Assembly (NCBI GenBank): GCA_963718375.1
Contig: CAVQZD010000012.1
Location: 2,316 to 66,315 of the forward strand
Reading direction: 5' to 3'
Length of the DNA: 64,000 nt
Source: an uncultured Actinomycetes bacterium
Lineage (GTDB): Bacteria > Actinomycetota > Thermoleophilia > RBG-16-64-13
Position 1 is the stretch's first letter. Every line of letters begins with the position of its first letter. The notes under the pieces are model-generated. The model saw only the letters and a program-made list of their open reading frames with translations. It had not been told where the DNA came from and did no database searches. The position numbers were made by a program, and so were the translations under genes. Positions 52,974 through 64,000 of this stretch are shown piece after piece.

Positions 52974-54660
52974 ATGAACCAACCACTGACTTCTGGACGC
53001 ACCCTGCGCATCATCCCCCTTGGTGGGCTTGACGGCATAGGCAAGAACATGACCGTCTTTGAGTACGGGGACGAGATGGTGGTCGTGGACGCCGGGTCTC
53101 ATGTTCCCCGACGACGACCATCCAGGGGTAGATCTCATCCTCCCCGACTTCTCCTACGTGGTGAAGCGTCAGGCCAAGCTGCGCGCCATAGTCATCACCC
53201 ACGGCCACGAGGACCATACAGGGGCGCTTCCTTATCTTCTCAAAGCACTCGACCGGCGGGTGCCGGTGATGGGCACCAGACTCACCCTCGGTCTTATCCA
53301 GGGCAAGTTCGAGGAGCATGGCCTCAAGACGAAGTCGGTCAAGCTGCAGGAGGTGACCGGGGGGAGCCACGTGTCGGTCGGCTCGTTCGGGTTCGACTTC
53401 TTCGCCGTGAACCATTCGATACCCGACGGAGTGGGAGTGTTCATACGCACGCCCGCGGCCAACGTGGTGCACACCGGTGACTTCAAGCTGGACCAGACTC
53501 CCATCGACGGGCGCTTGGTGGACTACGCCTCGCTGACTAAGTTCGCAAAGGTGGGTGTCGATCTGCTGATGTCAGACTCGACCAATGCAGAGACGCCTGG
53601 CGTCACGCTCTCAGAGTCTTCGGTGGGCCCTGCGTTGCGTGACCTCGTCGATAGAGCGGAGGGCCGGGTCATAGCCGCCTCGTTCGCGAGTCACGTGCAC
53701 CGTGTGCAGCAGATCTGCGACGCGGCCGTGGGGGCTGGGCGCAAGGTGGCCTTCATAGGTCGCTCGATGATCACCAACACGCGGATCGCGCGCGAACTCG
53801 GCTATCTGACTATCGCCGATAGCGATATGGTCGAGCCCGAGCGGGCGGCCAGGCTGCCGGCTCGCAAGGTGCTGGTGATGTGCACCGGCAGCCAGGGTGA
53901 GCCTCTCTCGGCTCTGGCTCGCATGGCCAATGGCGACCACAATACCGTCAACATAGAGCCCGACGACACCGTGGTCATCGCTGCTACGCCGGTGCCGGGC
54001 AACGAGAAGGCGGTCAACCGGGTCATCAACCGGCTGGCCAAGGCCGGGGCCACGGTCGCTCACAAGGGCAGTCTGCATGTGCACGTGTCGGGTCACGCCG
54101 CCGCGGAAGAGCTCAAGCTGATGCTCAACCTGGTGAGGCCCCGGTTCTTCGTGCCCGTGCACGGTGAGACCCGCCACTTGGTCGCCCATGCGGGCCTGGC
54201 TGAGCAGGTGGGTATCCCCAAGAAGAACGTGTTCATCATGGGCAACGGCGACGTCCTGGAGCTCACCAAATCGGCGGCAAGCGTCACGGGGAGCGTCGAG
54301 CACGGGGTGGTCTACGTCGACGGTCTCGGGGTAGGCGACGTGGGTCAGGTGATACTCCGCGACCGACAGGTCCTGGCCCAGGATGGCATCGCGACCGTGG
54401 TGGTCACCGTCGACAGCCAGACCGGCAGTCTGACATCCGACCCGGAGTTGATCACGCGGGGGATGACCTGGGGTCCAGACGGCGATAGGGTCATCGCCGA
54501 CGCGCAAGCTCGCATCCGGCAACGGCTGGCCCGGACCCATAAGGAAGGGGTCACCGACCAAGCCGTCATCAAGCAGGCCGTGCACGATTCGCTATCGCAG
54601 CTGTTGTGGGAGCGCACCCGCAGCCGGCCCATGATCATCCCCATAGTCGTGGAAGTCTGA
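52974..54660 (+). CDS. rnj: ribonuclease J (frameshift about 53095)
   Basis: IIPLGGLDGIGKNM, THGHEDHTG, HTGDFK, GSQGEP, HVSGH, PVHGE. Confidence 0.93.
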
Positions 54661-54713
54661 CCGCGCAGGTCCCGCCTCTTCGTCGGTGACGCCTCGCGAT
54701 TTTTGCGGATTCC

Positions 54714-54752
54714 TTACACCGCGCACCCCCTTCGCTACGCCTTGCCTACGCC
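54714..54752 (+). promoter_or_regulatory. candidate KdpE-binding direct repeats
   Basis: ttacacc (54714), ctacgcc (54735), ctacgcc (54746); helical-turn spacing upstream of kdp. Confidence 0.45.
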
Positions 54753-54797
54753 GGCACGCCTAACATGAGATAGAGCCGACGTGTGGATAGGTGCGTC

Positions 54798-54878
54798 ATG
54801 GATGCATTGGTGGTTCTCATAGCGATCGCCTTCTTCGCCCTTACCTGGGGGCTGGTGCATGGAATGCAGCGCCTGTAG
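54798..54878 (+). CDS. 26-aa hydrophobic peptide upstream of kdpF
   Basis: MDALVVLIAIAFFALTWGLVHGMQRL; below the ORF-track cutoff. Confidence 0.65.
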   Translation: MDALVVLIAIAFFALTWGLVHGMQRL

Positions 54879-54935
54879 CGGAAGGGCTGATGCCATGATG
54901 GCGGATGCGCGTCTCGTGGGTAGCGGGGAGGCGGC

Positions 54936-55019
54936 ATGCTGCTGACCGCCGCCATCATCTCTGTATGTCTGCTGGCTTACCTGCTCTACGCACTGATGCG
55001 GCCTGAGAGGTTGGGATGA
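54936..55019 (+). CDS. kdpF: K+-transporting ATPase subunit F
   Basis: GGAGG RBS; [27 protein letters not shown]; ATGA overlap with kdpA. Confidence 0.88.
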   Translation: MLLTAAIISVCLLAYLLYALMRPERLG

Positions 55020-56774
55020 CCGCCCAAGGCTGGCTGCAGATCGCTTTGTTGGTGGCAGTGGTGCTGCTGTTCGTGCGGCCGCTGGGCACCTACATGGCCA
55101 AGGTGTTCGAGGGGCGGCGCATCTTCGGAGTCAGCCGGGCCCTGCGGCCGGTGGAGAGGATCATCTACCGGCTGGGCGGCATCGACCCCGAGAGCGAGAT
55201 GACCTGGAAGAAGTACGCGGTCAGCGCGCTGGCCTTCAGCCTCGCGGGCTTCTTGCTGCTCTACCTGCTGCTGCGGGTGCAGGGTTGGCTGCCCGGCGGT
55301 CCCGACGGGGTGGGCAACGTCAAGCCCGATCTGGCCTTCAACACTGCCGTCAGCTTCGTCACCAACACCAACTGGCAGGCATACGGCGGTGAGAGCACCA
55401 TGAAGTACGTCACCCAGATGGTGGGCCTGACCGTGCAGAACTTCGTCTCGGCGGGCGTGGGCATGGCGGTGGTCATTGCGCTGATCACGGGGGTTCACCC
55501 GTCGCTCTACCGACATGCTGGGCAACTTCTGGGTGGATCTCACCCGCGCTGTGCTCTACGTGCTCATACCGCTGTCCATCGTCTTCGCAGTGATCTTCGT
55601 CTCGCAAGGGGTGGTGCAGACCCTGGAGCCGTCGCAGGAGGCCGCGTTGGTGCAACCCTACGCCGGGGATGACGGCCAGACGGTCACCGACCAGACCATA
55701 GCCGTGGGGCCGGTGGCCTCCCAGGCGGCCATAAAGCAGTTGGGCACGAACGGGGGCGGCTACTTCAACGCCAACTCGGCTCATCCGTTCGAGAATCCCA
55801 CGCCGCTGTCCGGCTTTTTGCAGATGGTGGCGATCTTGCTCATCCCGGCCGCGCTCTGCTACACCTTCGGCCGCATGGTGGGTAACACGCGGCAGGGGTG
55901 GGCGGTGCTCTCGGTGATGGTGGTCATCCTGGTGGCCACGATGGCCGTCTCGTATCACTTCGAGGCGCAGGGTGTGCCCCAGCAGGCACAGGTCGGGGCC
56001 GACCTGCAGGCGGCGGGCGGCACTACCACAGCCCAGGCCGGCGGCAACATGGAGGGTAAAGAGGTGCGCTTCGGCATAGCCGATTCATCGGCTTGGGCGG
56101 TCTCCACCACTGCCGCCTCCAACGGCTCGGTGAACAGCATGCACGACTCGTACACGCCCCTCGGGGGACTGGTGCCTATGGTGATGATCCAGCTCGGGGA
56201 GGTGGTGTTCGGGGGTGTCGGCTCGGGTCTGTATGTGATGCTGGTGTTCGCCATAGTCACGGTGTTCATCGCCGGGCTTATGGTGGGGCGAACGCCCGAG
56301 TATCTGGGCAAGAAGATAGAGATGTACGAGATGAAGATGGCCTCGCTGATCATCCTGATACCGGTGATAGCCATCTTAGTGGGCACCATGATCGGGGTAG
56401 CTACAGGCGCCGGGCGCGCCGGCGCGGCTAACCCGGGCGCGCACGGCTTCAGCGAGATCCTGTACGGCTTCACCTCGGCGGTGGGTAACAACGGCAGCGC
56501 GTTCGCCGGACTGTGCGCGAACTCTCCCTTCTACAACCTGCTGCTGGGGGTGTGCATGCTCATCGGGAGGTTCTGGATACTGGTGCCCACGCTGGCCTTG
56601 GCGGGGTCGCTGGCCAAGAAGAAGCACACCCCTGAGAGCGCGGGCACGCTGCACACCGACGGCCCCGTGTTCGTGGGGCTGCTCACCGTGATAGTCATCG
56701 TGGTCGGGGCGCTGAGTTTCCTGCCCGCCCTGGCTCTGGGTCCGATAGTCGAGCACCTACTGATGGCCGGCTAG
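55016..56774 (+). CDS. kdpA: K+-transporting ATPase subunit A (frameshift about 55490)
   Basis: [42 protein letters not shown]. Confidence 0.95.
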
Positions 56775-56787
56775 GAGGGTGCGGACG

Positions 56788-58983
56788 ATGAACTGGTCGA
56801 GAAGAGCCCACGGAGCAGGACCCGCCGGGCCAGAGGGTGCGCCGGCAGAGGCCGCCCGGCCAGAGGCAGCCCGCCCAGCGGGCGCCGAGTCCGGATCCGC
56901 GCCGACCGCGCCTGCGCGGCGCGGCGCCGGTCAAGGCGGCGTGGGCGGGCGCGCGGCGGCGCGGGCCGTCCGCGACTCGTTCCGCAAGCTGGACCCGCGG
57001 GTGCAGGTACGGAACCCGGTGATGTTCGTGGTCTGGGTCGGCGCTCTGCTCACCTTCGTACTGTTCATTCAGTCGGCGGCCGGAGCGGGGGAGGCCTCCT
57101 GGGGCTTCATCCTGGCCATCTCGCTGCTCTTGTGGTTCACGGTGCTGTTCGCCAACTTCGCTGAGGCCATGGCCGAGGGCCGGGGCCGCGCCCAGGCGGA
57201 CAGCCTGCGGAAGGCGCGCAAAGACGTGATGGCGAGCAGGTTGAGCGAGGCGCGCCGCGAAGCGCGCGCGGAGCAGGTGTCTTCGTCACAGCTGGTGCTC
57301 GGCGACCTGGTGCTGGTGGAGGCCGGCGAGTTCATCCCTGTAGATGGCGACGTAGTGGTGGGAGCCGCCTCGGTGGACGAGAGTGCCATCACCGGCGAGA
57401 GTGCCCCTGTCATACGCGAAAGCGGGGGTGATCGCAGCGCGGTGACCGGCGGTACGCGGGTGCTCTCCGACTGGCTGATCGTGAAGGTCACCGCCAAGCC
57501 TGGCGAGACCTTCCTGGACCACATGATCGCTATGGTGGAGGGCGCCAAGCGGCAGAAGACCCCCAACGAGATAGCCCTCAACATCCTGTTGGCGGCGCTC
57601 ACCATCATTTTCCTGATCGTGGTGGTCACCTTGCGGCCGATGTCCCAGTACGCGGTGGATATGGCGGGCACGGGCGAGGTGGTGTCCATCACCATCCTGG
57701 TGGCCCTGTTGGTCTGCTTGGCCCCCACTACCATCGGGGCTCTGCTCTCGGCTATAGGCATCGCGGGTATGAACCGTCTGAGCAAGGCCAACGTGGTGGC
57801 CATGTCGGGGCGCGCGGTGGAGGCGGCCGGCGACGTGGACGTGCTGCTGATGGACAAGACGGGCACGATCACCCTGGGCAACCGGCAGGCCACCGAGTTC
57901 TTGCCGGCCCCAGGTGTCGAACTGGCCGAACTGGCGGACGCCGCCCAACTGGCCTCTCTCGCCGATGAGACGCCCGAGGGGCGGAGCATAGTCGTGCTCG
58001 CCAAGAAGCTGCAGGGCCTGCGGGGTCGCGACCTGGAGGCCCTGGGGGCCACCTTCGTGCCCTTCACCGCCCAGACCCGCATGAGCGGCGTCGACCTCGA
58101 TGGCCGCGAGATCCGCAAGGGTGCCGTGGACTCGGTAGAAGCCTACATCGCGACCAAGGGGGGAGCGCTGCCCAAGGAAGTGATCGCCGCCTCCGACAAC
58201 GTCGCTCGCTTGGGAGGCACCCCTCTGGTGGTGACCGACGGTCCCCGGGCCCTGGGCGTGATCCACCTCAAGGACATCGTCAAGGGAGGCATCCGCGAAC
58301 GCTTTCACGACCTCAGGCGCATGGGCATACGGACGGTGATGATCACCGGAGACAACCCGGTGACGGCAGCGTCCATAGCCGCGGAGGCGGGGGTGGACGA
58401 CTTCCTCGCCGAGGCGACGCCCGGGGCCAAGCTGACGATGATCCGGGAGTATCAGGCCGATGGACACTTGGTGGCCATGACCGGCGACGGTACCAACGAC
58501 GCGCCGGCTTTGGCGCAGGCGGACGTAGCCGTGGCCATGAACACCGGCACGCAGGCGGCCAAGGAGGCGGGCAACATGGTGGACTTGGACTCCAACCCCA
58601 CCAAGCTGCTGGAGATAGTGCACATAGGCAAGCAGACGCTCATGACCCGTGGGGCGCTCACCACCTTCAGCATCGCCAACGACATAGCCAAGTATTTCGC
58701 CATCATCCCGGCCGCTTTCGCGGCCACCTACCCCAGTCTGGACGCCCTCAACCTGATGCACCTCGCCACTCCCCAGAGTGCCGTCCTCTCCGCTGTGGTG
58801 TTCAACGCTGTGGTGATCGTCTTTCTCATCCCCTTGGCCCTGCGGGGCGTGAAGTACAAACCGCGGCCTTCGGCCGAGCTTCTGCGCAACAACCTGCTCA
58901 TCTACGGGCTGGGCGGATTGCTGGTGCCTTTCGTAGGCATCAAGCTGATCGACATGGCGCTCAGCGCGCTGGGTCTGTCATAA
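56788..58983 (+). CDS. kdpB: K+-transporting ATPase subunit B
   Basis: [33 protein letters not shown]. Confidence 0.96.
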   Translation: MNWSRRAHGAGPAGPEGAPAEAARPEAARPAGAESGSAPTAPARRGAGQGGVGGRAAARAVRDSFRKLDPRVQVRNPVMFVVWVGALLTFVLFIQSAAGAGEASWGFILAISLLLWFTVLFANFAEAMAEGRGRAQADSLRKARKDVMASRLSEARREARAEQVSSSQLVLGDLVLVEAGEFIPVDGDVVVGAASVDESAITGESAPVIRESGGDRSAVTGGTRVLSDWLIVKVTAKPGETFLDHMIAMVEGAKRQKTPNEIALNILLAALTIIFLIVVVTLRPMSQYAVDMAGTGEVVSITILVALLVCLAPTTIGALLSAIGIAGMNRLSKANVVAMSGRAVEAAGDVDVLLMDKTGTITLGNRQATEFLPAPGVELAELADAAQLASLADETPEGRSIVVLAKKLQGLRGRDLEALGATFVPFTAQTRMSGVDLDGREIRKGAVDSVEAYIATKGGALPKEVIAASDNVARLGGTPLVVTDGPRALGVIHLKDIVKGGIRERFHDLRRMGIRTVMITGDNPVTAASIAAEAGVDDFLAEATPGAKLTMIREYQADGHLVAMTGDGTNDAPALAQADVAVAMNTGTQAAKEAGNMVDLDSNPTKLLEIVHIGKQTLMTRGALTTFSIANDIAKYFAIIPAAFAATYPSLDALNLMHLATPQSAVLSAVVFNAVVIVFLIPLALRGVKYKPRPSAELLRNNLLIYGLGGLLVPFVGIKLIDMALSALGLS

Positions 58984-58995
58984 GAGGGGTGTAGT

Positions 58996-59574
58996 ATGTT
59001 GAAGACCGTACGGCAAAGCTTGGTGGTCCTGCTGGCGCTGGGCCTGCTCACCGGCGTCGTCTACCCGCTGGTGGTGACGGGCATCGCTCAAGGACTCTTC
59101 GCGCACAAGGCGGGGGGCAGCATGATAGTGCAGGGCGAGCAGACTGTGGGCTCGCAGCTCATCGGGCAACCGTTCAGCGACCCGGGCTACTTCTGGTCGC
59201 GACCGTCGGCCACTGCGGACACACCTTACAACGCAGCAGCCTCTTCCGGCTCCAACCTGGGCCCCACCAACCCCGCTCTGCTCGAGGCCATCGAGGCGCG
59301 CATCGCCGCGCTGCGCGCCGCCGACCCGGGCAACACCGCTCCCGTCCCCATCGACCTGGTCACGGCCTCGGCCAGTGGCCTCGACCCACACATAAGCCCG
59401 GCGGCGGCTGAGTACCAGGTGGCTCGGGTGGCCCGGGAACGTGGGCTTAGCGCGGAGCAAGTGAGGGCACTCGTAGCCGAACACACCGAGGGCAGGCAGT
59501 GGTTCGTGTTCGGAGAGCCCAGGGTGAACGTGCTGGAGCTCAACCTCGCTCTCGACTCCCTAAGCGGGCGGTGA
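58996..59574 (+). CDS. kdpC: K+-transporting ATPase subunit C
   Basis: GSQLIGQ, YFWSRPS, SGSNLGP, VTASASGLDPHIS. Confidence 0.96.
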   Translation: MLKTVRQSLVVLLALGLLTGVVYPLVVTGIAQGLFAHKAGGSMIVQGEQTVGSQLIGQPFSDPGYFWSRPSATADTPYNAAASSGSNLGPTNPALLEAIEARIAALRAADPGNTAPVPIDLVTASASGLDPHISPAAAEYQVARVARERGLSAEQVRALVAEHTEGRQWFVFGEPRVNVLELNLALDSLSGR

Positions 59575-59578
59575 TCTC

Positions 59579-62303
59579 TTGGAGGAGTACCGTCGCCCCG
59601 ACCCCGACCGTCTGCTGGAGCAGCTGAGCTCCGGGGAGTCGCCCGACGGGCGGGGCAGCCTGAAGATCTTCTTCGGTTACGTGGCCGGCGTGGGCAAGAC
59701 CTATGCCATGTTGGACGCCGCACAGAAGCTGGCGGCCACCGGCGCTGAAGTGGTCATAGGGTATGTGGAGCCGCACGGCCGGGTGGAGACCGAAGTGCTG
59801 ATGGAGGGGTTGGAGGTACTCCCTCCTGCGCGGTGGGATTACCGGGGAGTGGAGCTGCGCGAGTTCGACCTCGACGGAGCCCTCGAGCGCCACCCGCAGC
59901 TGATGCTGGTGGACGAGCTGGCCCACACCAACGCTCCGGGCGCCAGGCACGCCAAGCGCTGGCAGGACGTCAAGGAGCTGCTCGAAGCGGGCATCAGCGT
60001 CTACACCACGCTCAACGTCCAGCACCTGGAGAGCCTGAACGACGTCATCGCCGGGATAACCGGCATCGAGGTCCGGGAGACCATCCCAGATGAGGTGTTC
60101 GACGACGCCGACTCGGTGGAGGTGGTGGACCTGCCTCCGCGCGAGCTGGTGGAGCGGCTGCATCAGGGCAAGATCTACATACCCGATCAGGCGGAGCGCG
60201 CAGTCGAGGGCTTCTTCACCGGAGCGAACCTGGGGGCGCTCCGCGAGATCGCGCTGCGCCGGACCGCCGACCGCGTACACATGCACGTGGAGAGAGCGCG
60301 TCTCGCGACCGCCGGGCCTGAGCATACCTGGGCGACCGCCGAGACCATCCTCGTGTGCGTAGGGCCCAGCCCCACTTCGGCCGACGTCATCCGCTCCTCC
60401 AAGCGGTTGGCCGCTTCGCTGAACGCCCGCTGGATAGCGGTGGGCGTGGAAGGGGCCCGGGGCCAAGAGGGCGGGTCAGGGCAACAGCAAGCGCTGATGA
60501 GCAACATGCAGCTGGCCGAGCGCCTGGGAGCGGAGACGGCCACGGTGGCCGGGGCCAACGTGGCCGAGGACATAGTCGAGCTATGCGCACGCGCACAACG
60601 TCACCAAGATCGTCATTGGCAAGACGGCCCAATCCCGATGGAAGCGGGCGCTGGGGAGCAATGTCGTCGACCAGTTGCTCGAACTCAGCGGGGACATCGA
60701 CGTGTGCTTGATCCACGGCAAGGCCTTGGCGCCCGAGGCGGCGCCTGTGCTCGTGAGGCGGCGCGCCCCTGTCGCCTGGCAGGGGTACGCGTGGGCGCTT
60801 GTGGCGTGCCTACTGGCGTCGTTGGTGGCGTGGGCGTTTCAGGACTTCGGCTTGGCCGAGACCAACAAGGCCTTGGTGTTCTTGCTGGCGGTCGCGTTGG
60901 TGGCCGCCCGGTTCGGCTTGGGCCCGGGTATCACCGCCGCCTTCGTGGGCGTGCTGGCCTTCGACTTCTTCTTCGTTCCGCCCTACCTGACTTTCGCGGT
61001 GGCGGACGCGCAGTACGTCATCACCTTCGCCATCTTGATGGTGGTCGCCGTCATCGTCAGTTCGCTCGCCGCGCGCCTGCGCAACCAAGTGCGGGCCTCT
61101 CGCGCCAGGGAGCGGAGGTTGGAGGCGCTGTATCGGATGAGTCGCGAGCTATCGGGGATGGCGGGCCGGCACCAGTTGGCTGCCGTCGCACAGAGGGAGG
61201 TCCGGGAGACCTTCGGTGCCGACACGTCTCTGTACCTGCCCGGCAGCGATGGTCGTTTGGAGCCGGTGGTTTCGTCGGGCGCGGCCGACGTGCCCGGCCA
61301 GCGCGAAGCGGCTGTGGCGCAATGGGTGATGGACCACGCGCACATCGCCGGAGAAGGCACCGACACCCTACCCGACGCCAAGGGGCTGTTCGTGCCGCTG
61401 CTCACACCTCGAGGCACGGTGGGCGTGCTCAGGGTGGCTCAGCCGGAGCAGGAGACGCTGCTGCTGCCCGACAACCGGCAGCTGCTCGAGACGCTGGCTC
61501 AGCAGATAGGCGTGGCCATCGAGCGGGACGAGCTCGTGGAAGAGACGCGGGGCGTGGTGCTGGAGATCGAGAGAGAGCGGCTGCGCAGCTCGCTGCTCAG
61601 CTCGGTCTCGCATGACCTCAGGACCCCCCTGGCGGCCATCGCCGGGGCGAGCAGCACCCTGCTGGAGCTGAGCGACTCCGCCGACCCGGCTCAGCGCCGG
61701 GAGCTCCTGGAGGAGCTGGTGGAGGAGTCCAACCGGCTAGCCAGGTTGGTGGACAACCTGCTCAACATGACCCGCCTCGAGGCGGGCAAGATAGTGGTGG
61801 ACAAGCAGTGGTTCCCGCTCGAAGATGTGATCGGCTCGGCCCTTGGCCGGTTGCGCCAAGAGCTGGCCGGGCGCTCGGTGGACAAGCATCTGCCTGAGGA
61901 TCTGCCGCTGGTGCCGCTTGACGGGGTGCTCGTGGAGCAGGCGCTGGTGAACCTGCTGGACAACGCGGTAAAGTACAGTCCGCCGGGCTCACCCTTGGAG
62001 GTATCGGCGCAGGTGCACGATGATGAGGTGAGGGTGAGTGTGAGCGACCGGGGACAGGGCTTGGCTGCGGGCGAAGAGGAGAGGGTCTTCGACAAGCTGT
62101 TCCGGGGGTCGGCCTCGTCCACGTCGGGCGGACGGGGAGCGGGCTTGGGCTTGGCCATAGTCACCGCTATAGTCACAGCTCACGGGGGCCGGGTCTGGGC
62201 CGAGAACCGGCCTGGTGGCGGCGCGGAGTTCAACCTGACTCTGCCTCTGGGCGAGTCGCCGCCCGACCTGGAGACCATCGAGCGTGAGGGGGCCGCGGAG
62301 TGA
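59579..62303 (+). CDS. kdpD: sensor histidine kinase KdpD (frameshift about 60580)
   Basis: GVGKTYAML, LVDELAHTN, TLNVQHLESLND, four TM helices, SHDLRTPL, NLLDNAVKY. Confidence 0.95.
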
Positions 62304-63037
62304 CCGGCGGAGTCACAGGCGGAGCGACCGGCACCGAGCCTCAAGCCGCCCGCATCCTCGTGATCGAGGACGATAGGCCCATCCGTCGCTTCCTAGGCGC
62401 GGCTCTGACTGACGCCGGCTACGAGGTGGTGGAGGCGGAGACCGGGCGCGCGGGCATCACCCACCTGTTGGCGCGCATCCCCGACCTGGTGATCCTGGAC
62501 CTGGGTCTGCCGGACATGGACGGCATGCAGATAATCACCCAAGCCCGGGAGTGGTCGCAGGTGCCGATAGTGGTGCTTTCCGCTCGCGGTCGTGAAGATG
62601 ACAAGGTGCGTGCGCTGGACGCGGGGGCCGACGACTACTTGACCAAACCCTTCGGCGTGCCGGAGCTGCTCGCCCGCATCAAGGTGGCGCTCCGTCATGC
62701 AGCGGCGCTGCGTGAGGGGGGCGGGGAGCAAGTGTCCAGCTTCAAGAACGGGGGCCTGACGGTAGACCTGTCTGCGCGCCGGGTGTTCGTCCGCGACCGC
62801 GAGGTCCATCTCACCCCGCTCGAGTACCGCCTGCTGACCACCCTGGTCAGGAAGCCGGGCAAGGTGCTCACCCATCGGTATCTGCTGGAGGAGGTGTGGG
62901 GGCCGGGCTACCAGGAGCAGACGCATTACCCGCGGATGCTCGTAGCCAGTCTGCGCAGGAAGATCGAGGACGACCCGGCCGACCCGCGCTACATAGTCAC
63001 CGAGCAGGGAGTGGGCTACCGCCTGCTGGAGGACTGA
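62300..63037 (+). CDS. kdpE: response regulator KdpE
   Basis: DLVILDLGLPDMDG, GADDYLTKPF, LRRKIEDDPADPRYI. Confidence 0.95.
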   Translation: MTGGVTGGATGTEPQAARILVIEDDRPIRRFLGAALTDAGYEVVEAETGRAGITHLLARIPDLVILDLGLPDMDGMQIITQAREWSQVPIVVLSARGREDDKVRALDAGADDYLTKPFGVPELLARIKVALRHAAALREGGGEQVSSFKNGGLTVDLSARRVFVRDREVHLTPLEYRLLTTLVRKPGKVLTHRYLLEEVWGPGYQEQTHYPRMLVASLRRKIEDDPADPRYIVTEQGVGYRLLED

Positions 63038-63129
63038 GCGCAAGGGGTCGCCCGTGCCGGCCGTGCCGTCAGGCGCCCTCGCACGCTCTCCCCTGTTGCG
63101 CGGCGCGGCGGACCGGTAGAATGCACTCG

Positions 63130-64000
63130 ATGAATATCGACGTGAATGACGCGCCCGGCTTGCAGCCGTCCCCACATACGTTCCATATCCCGGTGATGGG
63201 CACGGGCTTCACTATCGACACCCCGCTCAAAGTGGCGCGGTACGGCATCTCGTCGGTGATCTCGCTAGTGGACGATGTGCTCATCGAGCAGATGCGGCGC
63301 TATCACAGCGAGCGCGAGGGCGAGGACTTCGAGGCCATCCCGGCGAGCGCTGACGACTGTCGGGCGCGGCGCATCACCGCGTATCTGGATCTGATGGACC
63401 GAGTGGTGAAGCGGCAGGTAGAAGAGCTCCGCGCGACCCCGTTCGTCCCGGATAGTCCCATAACGTACTACTACGAGCTGCTGCCCGAGTCACCGCTGAA
63501 GGCCAGCTATCAGAAGATGCTCAGCACCGACGATGCGGCCGAGCGCGAGAAGCTGCAAGACGAGCTGCGCCGCCGAGTGGTGGCCGGCTCCATCGACGCC
63601 AACATCATGGTGAAGATCGACCGCCGGCCCATCTTTCGCGATCGAGCCTCGACACCTGAGGACGGCGACGCTCTCTCAGCACTCCGGGGGTTCGCCCGCA
63701 GTACGGTGCGCTCGTCCATCGTCTTCTCCGCAGGCATGAATGCTCCGCTCTACACCTACACCGGCAAGTTCCCGGACTTCCTGCCCGATGCTGACGGAGT
63801 ACTCAAGAAGAAGATAGTGCTCAAGGTCAGTGACTTCCGCTCCGCCGTGACTCAGAGCAAGTTCTTGGCCAGGAATGGGCTGTGGGTGTCGGAGTACCGC
63901 ATCGAGTCAGGGCTCAACTGCGGCGGTCACGCGTTCTCTGCCCAAGGCCAGTTGATGGGGTTGGTACTGGAGGAGTTTCGGCAGAGCCGGCACGAGCTGG
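63130..64000 (+). CDS. hypothetical protein, possible FMN TIM-barrel oxidoreductase (runs off the window end)
   Basis: Open frame HTFHIPVMGTGFTIDTPLKVARYGISSV...IVFSAGMN...RIESGLNCGGHAF; TAGAAT about 7 nt upstream. Confidence 0.75.
   Translation, partial: MNIDVNDAPGLQPSPHTFHIPVMGTGFTIDTPLKVARYGISSVISLVDDVLIEQMRRYHSEREGEDFEAIPASADDCRARRITAYLDLMDRVVKRQVEELRATPFVPDSPITYYYELLPESPLKASYQKMLSTDDAAEREKLQDELRRRVVAGSIDANIMVKIDRRPIFRDRASTPEDGDALSALRGFARSTVRSSIVFSAGMNAPLYTYTGKFPDFLPDADGVLKKKIVLKVSDFRSAVTQSKFLARNGLWVSEYRIESGLNCGGHAFSAQGQLMGLVLEEFRQSRHEL

Noticed and set aside
51700-60700. Programmed frameshifting or phase variation in acr3, rnj, kdpA and kdpD
   Set aside because: Single indels are scattered across housekeeping genes without long slippery tracts; best explained as sequencing error
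1-64000. CRISPR arrays, tRNA/rRNA, IS elements, selenocysteine recoding
   Set aside because: No regularly spaced repeats or transposase motifs were seen, and no in-frame TGA in the Mo enzymes or HdrA

Overview
GC-rich bacterial chromosome segment, most consistent with an anaerobic actinobacterium (Thermoleophilia/Coriobacteriia-like; inferred from gene content and apparent leaderless TANNNT promoters). In order: molybdenum-cofactor genes (moaA, moaC/MOSC, mog); a GGDEF cyclase; a GT4 glycosyltransferase; a futalosine-type menaquinone cluster (UbiD, UbiA, menG, mqnE, mqnA, mqnC); pdxST; a RelE/HigB-type toxin-antitoxin (TA) module bounded by a 60-bp duplication of the pdxT 3' end; a GT39 glycosyltransferase; three Mo/W-bisPGD enzymes (an acetylene-hydratase/catechol-dehydroxylase-like enzyme with ferredoxin, a pyrogallol transhydroxylase AthL/BthL pair, and a divergent AthL paralog); an L-arabinose cluster; a broken vapBC; a flavodiiron protein; a xylose cluster (atypical isomerase, xylB, ROK regulator, ABC transporter, GH3); hdrCBA; arsR-acr3; RNase J; kdpFABCDE; and a hypothetical gene cut by the window end. 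Many genes are split by 1-bp indels, densely at about 33-45.7 kb, most likely from consensus sequencing error. The most unusual non-coding signal lies inside the menaquinone cluster (7873-8910). There an orphan lipoprotein gene is bracketed by inverted copies of a 47-bp core, each closed by its own different stem, with a third partial copy and a degenerate HDV-like ribozyme fold between them. No tRNA, rRNA, CRISPR array, integrase or transposase was recognised.
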